From: Pirellulales bacterium
GTDB lineage: Bacteria > Planctomycetota > Planctomycetia > Pirellulales > JAICIG01
Assembly: GCA_040901675.1 (NCBI GenBank)
Contig: JBBDYJ010000010.1
Span: 156,976 to 170,498, forward strand
Length of the DNA: 13,523 nucleotides
Direction: 5' to 3'
Each line of letters begins with the position of its first letter. Within the stretch, counting starts at the first letter, position 1. The position numbers and the translations under genes were made by a program. The notes under the pieces were generated by a model. It was not told the origin of the DNA, did not search any database, and saw only the letters and a list, made by a program, of their open reading frames with translations. Shown here piece after piece: positions 6,939-13,523 of this stretch.

Positions 6939-7453
6939 TGAACGTGCCCCTCTCGCCACAACCAGAACTGCCCGACCTGCGCGAGCAACTCGTGGCTTAC
7001 CTCGACGGCGAGCTCGACGCCGACGCCAGCCAGCGGATCGACGAGCTGCTCTCGACCGACCCGCGCGTCAGGCAAGAGCTCTCGCAGTTGGAGCGCACCT
7101 GGGACTTGCTCGATCGGCTGCCCAGGGCCGAAGTGGACCAGAGCTTCACCCAATCGACGGTCGAAATGATCGCCGTCTCGGCGGCGGCGGAAGTCGATCA
7201 GGAGGAGGCCGCTCTGCCCCGCCGCCGGCGGCGCGGCATCCTGCTGGGCGCCGGCGGCATGCTGGCGGCGGCGCTGGCCGGCTACTGGTTCGCCGGTGAG
7301 CTGTTGCCCAATCAGAATGAACGGCTGTTGCGCGATCTGCCGGTGATCGAGGACCTGGAAGCCTATCGTCAGGCCACCGACTTGGATTTCCTGAAGAAGC
7401 TCAAGGAGGAGGGTGTTTTTAACGACTACCAGCCGGGGGACCCCGATGCCTGA
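6938..7453 (+). CDS. Membrane-anchored anti-sigma factor
   Basis: N-terminal anti-sigma-type helix EQLVAYLDGELD...RIDELL lacking HxxxCxxC zinc ligands, an Arg cluster and one transmembrane helix (GILLGAGGMLAAALAGYWF). It lies directly downstream of the ECF sigma. Confidence 0.85.
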   Translation: MNVPLSPQPELPDLREQLVAYLDGELDADASQRIDELLSTDPRVRQELSQLERTWDLLDRLPRAEVDQSFTQSTVEMIAVSAAAEVDQEEAALPRRRRRGILLGAGGMLAAALAGYWFAGELLPNQNERLLRDLPVIEDLEAYRQATDLDFLKKLKEEGVFNDYQPGDPDA

Positions 7454-8448
7454 CGTTCCTTCCCATCCGCGGCGGCCGCCGAGTGCGTGCCTGGCTGCCC
7501 GGCCCTTGCTGCGGCGGTCGATCGTGCTGGCGGTGGCCGCCGCCTGCTCGCTTGGTTTTTCGGACCCTCGCGAACTGATCGGCCAGCGGCGCGAGAAGGT
7601 CGAGCGCATGACCCCGCAGGAAAAGCAGCAACTGCGCCGCAAGCTCGACCGGTTCCAGGGCTACCCGCCCGAAGAACAGCAGCGGATGCGCGACCTGGAG
7701 GCCGCTTTGCGGGCCGACCCTGAGGCCGACGCACTGCGCCAGGTGCTCGACCGCTACGACCTGTGGCTAACGGAGCTCTCCGCCGCCGAGCGTCACGAGC
7801 TGTTGATTCTCGAAGGGCCCGAACGGATCGAACGGATCAAGCAGTTGCGTGGCGAGCGGCTGGGAGAAAAAGATCGCGAGGCAGTCTTGAAGTGGCTCGA
7901 GCATCTGGAACGGCTGGCTTGGGAAAACATGGCCCCCGAGGAGAAAGCGAAAATCCGCAAGATTTCCGAGCCAGAGCGGCAACAACGGCAGAGACGCAGG
8001 CCCGTCTGGTACCCGAATCCCGCCGAATACGTATTAAATGAGCAACATCTTGCCAAATTGCGAGAGTCGCTTTCAAAGTGGCCCCGCCGCCGCTTGGATG
8101 AAGCCATGAAGATCGAAGAGGCCAAAAGGCTTGCTGCGCCAGATCAGCGTGATGAGGCTGGCGGACACCGATTCGATAGATCCGATTTGCGGAGATTGTT
8201 GTTTGGTTGGTCGATGCAGACCTGGCCGGCAGAGCGGGGCCCAATTCGGCCGCCTGCCAGCGACGAACAGGTCAGGGGAGTTCAAGAAGCACGCTGAGAA
8301 GGATGGTCCTGCCTTGATCAACAGGTCGGCGGAGCAGGTGCGGCGCGAGTTTCGAATGTATCTGGAGAGCCAGGACGGCCCGCGCCGCCAAGGGCCACGC
8401 GGCCGGCCGCCGGGCCCTGGCCGCGGTTTCCGCCCCCCGCTGGATTGA
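7446..8448 (+). CDS. DUF3106-like exported helical protein of the ECF operon; apparent +1 frameshift at GGGG 8275-8278 (uncorrected frame stops at 8297)
   Basis: ATG 7446 overlaps the anti-sigma 3' end. A signal-like segment is followed by MTPQEKQQLRRKLDRFQGYPPEEQQRMR, a DUF3106-type pattern. Removing one G joins SDEQVR to EFKKHAEKDG...RMYLESQDGPRRQGPRGRPPGPGRGFRPPLD ending at TGA 8446-8448. Confidence 0.65.
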
Positions 8449-8468
8449 TCTTGCTGCGTGCCGACAGT

Positions 8469-9530
8469 TCAGCCGCCGTCTGAATCGCGGGCCAGCCAGG
8501 TGAACAGGTACCAGGCCCTCGGCGTCGTGAGATCTAAGAGGGCGTCCAGGTCCGAGCGGCGTTGCGCGCCTCGCGCGCTGAGGGCGAAGTCGAACAGCCC
8601 GCCTGGCCGCTCGTAGCGGACCACCTGGGTCGTGCCCTTGTCGAGCTTGGCCAGCTCCAAGACCCGCTCGATCGCGTCTTCCACAAAGCCTTCCCGGTCG
8701 ACCAGTCCATTCGCCAACGCCTGCCGGGTGGTGAAGACCTGGCCGGTCGCCACGCGCTTTAGTGCTTCCGGATCCTTGGCAAACTGGGGCCGGCCCGACT
8801 TGACGATCTCCTTGAAGCGGTTGAAGCTGTCGTCGACCAGGTCCTGGAAAATCCGCCGCTCCTCGTCGGTCATTTCCCGCGCCGGACTGCCCATCTGCTT
8901 CAAGGGATGGCTCTTGATCGAGTCTTCCTCGATCCGCCACTTCTCCAGCAAGCCGGCGACGTTGTAATGGGGAATGACCACGCCGATCGATCCGGTCCAG
9001 GTGGTCGGCTCGGCAAAAATCGTGTCCTCGACGGGGCCGGCGGCCATCGACATGTAGTAGCCGCCGCTGGCGGCGATGCCCCCCATGCTGACGACCAGCG
9101 GCAGCTTCCGCTCGCGCACGAGCTCCGTCAGATGATGGTACAAGTAATCGCTGGCCGTCACCGTGCCCCCCGGCGAATTGACCCGCAGCACGATCGCCTT
9201 GACGCCGGGATCGTTGCGGACCTGTTCGATCTGCTTCTTGACGAACCCTTCGCCGTCGAAAATCGTCCCCTCCACGGTGATGATCGCCACCTTGTCGGCC
9301 CCGTCGCGGGCCAGCGAATGGTACTGCTCCCGCACCCCCTCGCCGGACGAGAGCGATAACGAACGCGTCAAGCCGACCAGCCCCACCACGATCACCGCCA
9401 CCATGACCAACGAGAACAGCGCGAACAGCCGCGACACCAGCCGCAGGGGGCTGAACCGCTTCGCGGATCCGGAGCGAATGTCTGCTGGATCTTGCCCGGC
9501 GGCCGGCTGGGCGGGAAATGGGTTGTCCAT
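8469..9530 (-). CDS. sppA: Signal peptide peptidase SppA (S49 family, 36K type)
   Basis: KVAIITVEGTI, KAIVLRVNSPGG, VSMGGIAASGGYY, TGSIGV, ATGQVFT..QAL.NGLVD plus an N-terminal transmembrane helix. ATG 9530 has a strong SD (GGGGGAG). Confidence 0.95.
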   Translation of the reverse strand: MDNPFPAQPAAGQDPADIRSGSAKRFSPLRLVSRLFALFSLVMVAVIVVGLVGLTRSLSLSSGEGVREQYHSLARDGADKVAIITVEGTIFDGEGFVKKQIEQVRNDPGVKAIVLRVNSPGGTVTASDYLYHHLTELVRERKLPLVVSMGGIAASGGYYMSMAAGPVEDTIFAEPTTWTGSIGVVIPHYNVAGLLEKWRIEEDSIKSHPLKQMGSPAREMTDEERRIFQDLVDDSFNRFKEIVKSGRPQFAKDPEALKRVATGQVFTTRQALANGLVDREGFVEDAIERVLELAKLDKGTTQVVRYERPGGLFDFALSARGAQRRSDLDALLDLTTPRAWYLFTWLARDSDGG

Positions 9531-9616
9531 CGAACGGCTCCCCCCTCGTATGCTGGTCAAAGGTGGTTTTGCGCTGCCGGCGCCGGGCGGCCACGAGGCC
9601 TGCCTCCACGGTCCAT

Positions 9617-9652
9617 TGGTTCATTATAGAGACTGGTTCATTATAGAGACTG
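9617..9652 (-). promoter_or_regulatory. Perfect 17-bp direct duplication, each copy containing a consensus TATAAT -10 box facing sppA
   Basis: TGGTTCATTATAGAGAC at 9617-9633 and 9634-9650. ATTATA (TATAAT on the minus strand) lies at 9623-9628 and 9640-9645. Confidence 0.7.
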
Positions 9653-9788
9653 CCGCGGCCCGCCGCCGGGCAACTCGGCCGCTGCTGTTGCCACCAGACG
9701 CCCCGGGGCGGTAAGCTACCCTGCTGAATCCACGCCGCCGGCATTGGGCAATCGGGCGGCCAAAGTCGATCGCTTGAAGGAGTTGAGC

Positions 9789-10544
9789 GTGTTTGTCGCG
9801 GCCTCTACCGAGTGTTTCCCCGAGCTTACCCTGGATGCTGCCCTGCAGCGACTGGTCGATCTGGAGTATTCGCGCGTCGAGATCGGCATCCGAGAGTCCG
9901 GCAGGCAGCTCAAACCCTCCGACGTCCATGCCAACCTGGAACAGGCGGTCCATGCCTGCCGCGACACGCAGCGGTTGACGCCCGTATCCTACTCGGTCGA
10001 TATCCAGGCCGACGGCGACGAGTACTACGCGCAGTTCGCCAGTTGCTGCAAGCTGGCCAAGACCACCAAGGTGGTCACCGTGACGGTGCCGGCGGCCGAG
10101 CTGGGCACGCCTTTCAACGCCGAGGTCGAGCGGCTCCGCGAGTTGGTGCGGATTGCCACGCTGGAAGGCGTGCTGGTGGGGCTCAAGACCGAAGTGGGCC
10201 GCATCACGCAGGACCCCGACACGGCGGTGGTGCTTTGCGACAACGTCAAGGGCTTGTGCATCACGCTCGATCCAAGCCACTATGTTTGCGGGCCGCATGC
10301 CGGGGGCAGCTACGACCACCTGCTCAAGTACGTGTGCCACGTTCAGCTTCGCGATACGAGCAAGCGCGCCTTGCAGGTCCGCGTGGGGCAAGGCGAAATC
10401 GAGTACGGCCGGTTGATAAGCCAGCTCGGCAAGTTCAAGTACAATCGGGCCCTCTCGGTGCACATCGTCGACGTGCCTGAATCCGGCATCGACCATGCCG
10501 CCGAGATGCGGAAACTGCGGTTGCTGCTGGAAAGCCTGCTTTAG
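9789..10544 (+). CDS. Sugar phosphate isomerase/epimerase family protein (xylose isomerase-like / AP endonuclease 2 TIM barrel)
   Basis: SD GAAGGAG before GTG 9789 (MFVAASTECF), ITLDPSHY, HVQLRD and VGQGEIEY motifs. Confidence 0.85.
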   Translation: MFVAASTECFPELTLDAALQRLVDLEYSRVEIGIRESGRQLKPSDVHANLEQAVHACRDTQRLTPVSYSVDIQADGDEYYAQFASCCKLAKTTKVVTVTVPAAELGTPFNAEVERLRELVRIATLEGVLVGLKTEVGRITQDPDTAVVLCDNVKGLCITLDPSHYVCGPHAGGSYDHLLKYVCHVQLRDTSKRALQVRVGQGEIEYGRLISQLGKFKYNRALSVHIVDVPESGIDHAAEMRKLRLLLESLL

Positions 10545-10581
10545 TCGTGCGGCCAGCCGATGCCGCGATGACGTTCGCGAC

Positions 10582-10610
10582 GTGAAAAACGCCGCGAGCT
10601 GTGCTAGAAT
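10582..10610 (+). promoter_or_regulatory. Candidate extended -10 promoter of the toxin-antitoxin operon
   Basis: GTGAAA (10582-10587), 17-nt spacer, TAGAAT (10605-10610) preceded by TGTGn (10600-10604). Confidence 0.55.
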
Positions 10611-10639
10611 GCTGATTTGGATGTCGACAACCGAAACGG

Positions 10640-10912
10640 ATGATGATTAGCATGGTCTCCGAAACATTCAATGAGCTTGCCAGTTTTCACCGGTTCATCA
10701 GTGACCGGCTTCAGAGGGACGATACCCGGCTCTCGCCGGAAGAGGCTCTTGAGCTTTGGCGTTCCCAGCATCCGTCCCCCGAAGAATACGCCGACACGGT
10801 CGATGCGCTGCGAGAGGCGCTGGGAGATATGGAGCGGGGAGACACGGGCATGCCTCTTGAACAATTCGACCAAGAGTTCCGCCGGAGACGCAATATCGGC
10901 GATAACGCATGA
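10640..10912 (+). CDS. Putative type II antitoxin partner of the RelE/ParE toxin
   Basis: Small acidic protein with C-terminal ALREALGDMERG..GMPLEQF pattern resembling ParD-like antitoxin tails. Its stop overlaps the toxin start (ATGA 10909-10912). Start may be ATG 10640, 10643 or 10652. Confidence 0.75.
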   Translation: MMISMVSETFNELASFHRFISDRLQRDDTRLSPEEALELWRSQHPSPEEYADTVDALREALGDMERGDTGMPLEQFDQEFRRRRNIGDNA

Positions 10913-11238
10913 CCGCATATGCCGTCTCGCTTCTACGTCGAGCTCAGGCGGACTTGGATAACATCTTTGACTGGATCGCAGAGCGTTCGCCGAAAGGAGC
11001 GACACAATGGTATAGTGCGTTCCTTAGAGCGACAGCGACATTGCGACGTAATCCGGCCCGCTGTGCCCAGGCTCCGGAAAGTGCAGAAGTGAACTCTGAC
11101 ATCCGCCAGCTTCTCTTTCGAACCCGTCGAGGCCGAAACTACCGTCTTCTATTTGCAATTGTCGAGAACGACGTTCGAATTCTTCGCATCCGCGGGCCAG
11201 GTCAAGGCCCGGTGTCGCCAGCCGACCTGCTCGATTGA
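10909..11238 (+). CDS. Type II toxin-antitoxin RelE/ParE family toxin
   Basis: YAVSLLRRAQADLDNIFDWIAERSP...L..NP.R...APE...IRQLLF....NYRLLFAI....VRILRIR is a classic ParE/RelE pattern. Confidence 0.92.
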   Translation: MTAYAVSLLRRAQADLDNIFDWIAERSPKGATQWYSAFLRATATLRRNPARCAQAPESAEVNSDIRQLLFRTRRGRNYRLLFAIVENDVRILRIRGPGQGPVSPADLLD

Positions 11239-11249
11239 ATGGGTGCCGA

Positions 11250-11588
11250 ATGGAGGCCAATGATTCGTCTTCGGTCCAGGGCCGTTTCCGGGAACTCGCT
11301 TCGCAATGGAAGCAGGCAACGGCCTTCAGCTCCTCGCTCACGGAGATTGCCACTCATCCTGCGTATCAGCAAATCATCGGGATGGGTAAGGAGGCCCTCC
11401 CGCTGATCCTGGATGAGCTGCGCCGGGAGCCGGATCAATGGTTTTGGGCTTTGAAGGCCATCACCGGCGAGGATCCAGTCATACCTTCCGATCGCGGCAA
11501 TCTCGAGCGGATGTCCGCAGCGTGGCTTAATTGGGCCCAAAGACGTGGATTACCGCAATCGAGATCGCTCGAACAATTTCGCCAATAG
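11250..11588 (+). CDS. Conserved small helical hypothetical protein, with a C-terminus running into an antitoxin-like relic
   Basis: RFRELASQWKQ.T.FSSS......HPAYQQIIGMG..ALPLIL.EL....DQWFWAL.AITGEDP...RG....M..AWL.W matches a conserved uncharacterised family I recognise. ATG 11250 lies 11 bp after the toxin stop. Confidence 0.8.
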   Translation: MEANDSSSVQGRFRELASQWKQATAFSSSLTEIATHPAYQQIIGMGKEALPLILDELRREPDQWFWALKAITGEDPVIPSDRGNLERMSAAWLNWAQRRGLPQSRSLEQFRQ

Positions 11589-11624
11589 TTTCTCCGGAGA
11601 AGGCGCATCCGCGATTTGAATTGA
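11568..11624 (+). pseudogene. Relic of the 3' end of a paralogous antitoxin gene
   Basis: LEQFRQ*FLRRRRIRDLN* aligns without gaps to LEQFDQEFRRRRNIGDNA* (10856-10912). TAG replaces GAG and the terminal TGA is in the same position. Confidence 0.65.
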
Positions 11625-11640
11625 TCAGCGGCAAAATGCC

Positions 11641-12030
11641 ATGGAAGCAAAACCTGCTACATCCGCGCGTCGCGGCCTGTCGGTTACGCAGTATCTCATG
11701 GCATTGCTCAAGTGGTTGGCGCACTTGGTTGCCTTCGTGGTCTTGCTGCTCTACTCGGTAAAGATTGTTCCCAGATACATCATGTTCTTCGAAGACCAGG
11801 ATGCGCTATTGCCGCCGGTGACCATTGCGGTAATCAACTTTTCCAATTGGATGGTCAGTTATTGGTACCTGCTAGGTCTCGGATTCCTGCTCGTGGATGG
11901 ATTCGTCTTGCTCGCATTGGAGCTGCAACGCCGGGCTTGGATTCGCAGCGCGTGGTTCACCGGCGTTCTCCTGGCGGTCCTTATGGCCATTGGCTGGATG
12001 ACCTTCGTGCTCGAAGTGCCGTGGATTTGA
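11641..12030 (+). CDS. Small multi-pass membrane protein with a PilC/GspF-like transmembrane segment
   Basis: About three hydrophobic segments. IVPRYIMFFEDQDALLPPVTIAVINFSNWMVSYWY resembles the 'VP.F...F......LP..T..vi..S' stretch of T2SS-F/PilC proteins, but the cytoplasmic domains are absent. Confidence 0.65.
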   Translation: MEAKPATSARRGLSVTQYLMALLKWLAHLVAFVVLLLYSVKIVPRYIMFFEDQDALLPPVTIAVINFSNWMVSYWYLLGLGFLLVDGFVLLALELQRRAWIRSAWFTGVLLAVLMAIGWMTFVLEVPWI

Positions 12031-12066
12031 GGCTGGTGCCTCGTCCCGCCACCCGGCGCGCCCCGA

Positions 12067-12095
12067 TTGCTTTTCCCGCTCGCCAAAGGTATAAA
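12067..12095 (+). promoter_or_regulatory. Candidate sigma70 promoter of the DUF1501 gene
   Basis: TTGCTT (12067-12072), 17-nt spacer, TATAAA (12090-12095), 60 nt upstream of the start codon. Confidence 0.55.
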
Positions 12096-12155
12096 CGGCT
12101 GCTGATGCATTGAGCTCTGCGCGGGGCCCTGGCTCGACGCGAAAAGGAGCCGACG

Positions 12156-13523
12156 GTGATCACGATGCTCGGCAGCGGCCGCCGATGCTGCGACGGCTGG
12201 ACGCGACGCGAAACGCTGCGGGCCGGCGCGCTGACGGCCCTGGGCGGCTTCGGCCTGCCGCAGTTCCTGGCCGCCCGCGAGGCGCTGGGCTCGACCGCCC
12301 CGCAGGGAAAGGCCAAAAGCGTGATCGTGCTCTACCTGCTGGGCGGAGCGGCCAGCCAGGACATGTACGATCTCAAGCCCAACGCACCCAGCGAGGTCCG
12401 CGGCGAGTTCAACCCCATCGACACTGCAGTCCCCGGGATCCAGGTCTGCGAGCACCTGCCCCAGACAGCTCGCTGGATGCACCGCTCGGCCATCGTCCGC
12501 AGCGTGAACCACAAGGCCGGCTGCCATAATACGCTGCCCAGCTATACCGGGTACGAGGAGCCGCTGGACAACATCGTCTCGACCAAGGACACCTATCCAC
12601 CCAGCATGGGCTCGGTGTGCGAGTACCTGAACCAGCAGCCCGGCGTCCTGCCGGCCTACGTCTATATGCCCTGCTACCTCGGCTGGGGCCAGTCGATCGT
12701 GCGGCCCGGACCCTACGCCGGTTTTCTGGGGCGCCGCTACGATCCGATGTTCACGGAGTGCAACCCCCACATCGATAAGGATGCCCCGCGCGAGTCGCCC
12801 GGTCATCCCCAAGTGCTGCGGGGGCAGCCGCGGATCCCGGACAGCGTGCTAGGGGAAGGGCTGACCATCGACCGGCTCAACTCCCGGCGCGGACTGGTCG
12901 AGCAGATCGACCAGCAACTGCGCCTGGCCGAGGGGCAAGGGGCCCTCGATCAATATGCCCGGCAGCGGCAACGGGCCTTCAGCCTGCTGACTTCGCCGGA
13001 GGCGAAGGCGGCCTTCGACTTGGATGCCGAGGATCCCAAGCTCCGCGAGCGCTATGGCCGCACGCTGTTCGGCGAAAGCGCCCTGGTGGCCCGCCGGCTG
13101 GTCGAGGCCGGAGTGCGCTTCGTCAACGTGACTTGGGACTGCTACTGGGAAAGGCTGCAGCTCCAGTACGATTGCTGGGACACCCATACTCGCAACTTTC
13201 CGATCATGCGCGAATACAACCTGCCCTACCTCGACTTGACGTACGGCGCGCTGCTGGACGACCTGGACAGTCGCGGCCTCCTGGACGAAACCCTGGTCGT
13301 CGTGATGAGCGACTTCGGCCGCACGCCGCGGATCAACGGCAATGGCGGGCGGGACCATTGGACTTTCTGCTACTCGATCCTGTTCGCCGGCGCCGGCATC
13401 CGCGGCGGCACGGTTTACGGAGCCTCCGACAGCCAGGCCGCCTACGTCGCCGACAAGCCGGTCAGCACCGCCGACATCTGCACCACGATTTACCAACTGC
13501 TGGGCATCGATCCGGAGACGACG
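12156..13523 (+). CDS. DUF1501 domain-containing protein with Tat-like signal; 3' end beyond the window (absent from the ORF track)
   Basis: SD AAGGAG then GTG 12156. MITMLGSGRRCCDGWTRRETLRAG...AKSVIVLYLLGGAASQDMYDLKP.AP.EVRGEF.PI.T.VPGIQVCEHLP, with later ARRLVEAGVRFV, WDTH, DFGRTPRIN and GRDHW motifs. The frame is open to the window end. Confidence 0.95.
   Translation, partial: MITMLGSGRRCCDGWTRRETLRAGALTALGGFGLPQFLAAREALGSTAPQGKAKSVIVLYLLGGAASQDMYDLKPNAPSEVRGEFNPIDTAVPGIQVCEHLPQTARWMHRSAIVRSVNHKAGCHNTLPSYTGYEEPLDNIVSTKDTYPPSMGSVCEYLNQQPGVLPAYVYMPCYLGWGQSIVRPGPYAGFLGRRYDPMFTECNPHIDKDAPRESPGHPQVLRGQPRIPDSVLGEGLTIDRLNSRRGLVEQIDQQLRLAEGQGALDQYARQRQRAFSLLTSPEAKAAFDLDAEDPKLRERYGRTLFGESALVARRLVEAGVRFVNVTWDCYWERLQLQYDCWDTHTRNFPIMREYNLPYLDLTYGALLDDLDSRGLLDETLVVVMSDFGRTPRINGNGGRDHWTFCYSILFAGAGIRGGTVYGASDSQAAYVADKPVSTADICTTIYQLLGIDPETT

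Noticed and set aside
4976..9744. Long alternative ORFs 4976..6169 (-), 6248..7642 (-) and 8272..9744 (-)
   Set aside because: They overlap well-supported genes (rlmN, sigma/anti-sigma, sppA) in antisense or alternate frames and have low-complexity Arg/Gly/Ala-rich translations.
11586..11588. TAG as a pyrrolysine or readthrough codon
   Set aside because: It aligns to a GAG (Glu) codon of the paralogous antitoxin, so a nonsense substitution is the simpler explanation. Nothing here indicates Pyl machinery.
11859..13496. Minus-strand ORFs 11859..12812 and 12849..13496
   Set aside because: They are antisense to the DUF1501 gene, which the ORF track missed because it has no stop inside the window.

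Overview
GC-rich bacterial window, most likely Planctomycetota (Pirellulales-like). The taxonomy is inferred from a DUF1501 gene, a 'GxGCG...LLCCGGG' membrane protein and DDPF-containing acidic linkers. Gene order: (-) BFD-like [2Fe-2S] protein, (-) M20/PepT-like peptidase, (-) secreted HEAT-repeat protein; (+) secreted helical protein, (+) nucleoside deoxyribosyltransferase-fold protein; (-) membrane protein; (+) rlmN, ECF sigma factor, anti-sigma factor, DUF3106-like protein (apparently frameshifted); (-) sppA; (+) sugar-phosphate isomerase/epimerase TIM barrel; (+) antitoxin, RelE/ParE toxin and a conserved small protein; (+) small membrane protein; (+) DUF1501 gene running off the window end. 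The main find is that the 2912..3622 ORF appears to start at ATG 2654. That start has a strong Shine-Dalgarno and encodes a signal peptide, then reads through an in-frame TGA (2735-2737) followed by a hairpin fitting the bacterial SECIS model. This makes it a candidate exported selenoprotein (U-x4-C, poly-Gly linker, helical body) of a family I do not recognise. Other observations are a decayed second antitoxin tail fused to the gene after the toxin, three unrelated 16-17 bp tandem duplications at gene boundaries or promoters, and a one-base frameshift in the DUF3106-like gene.
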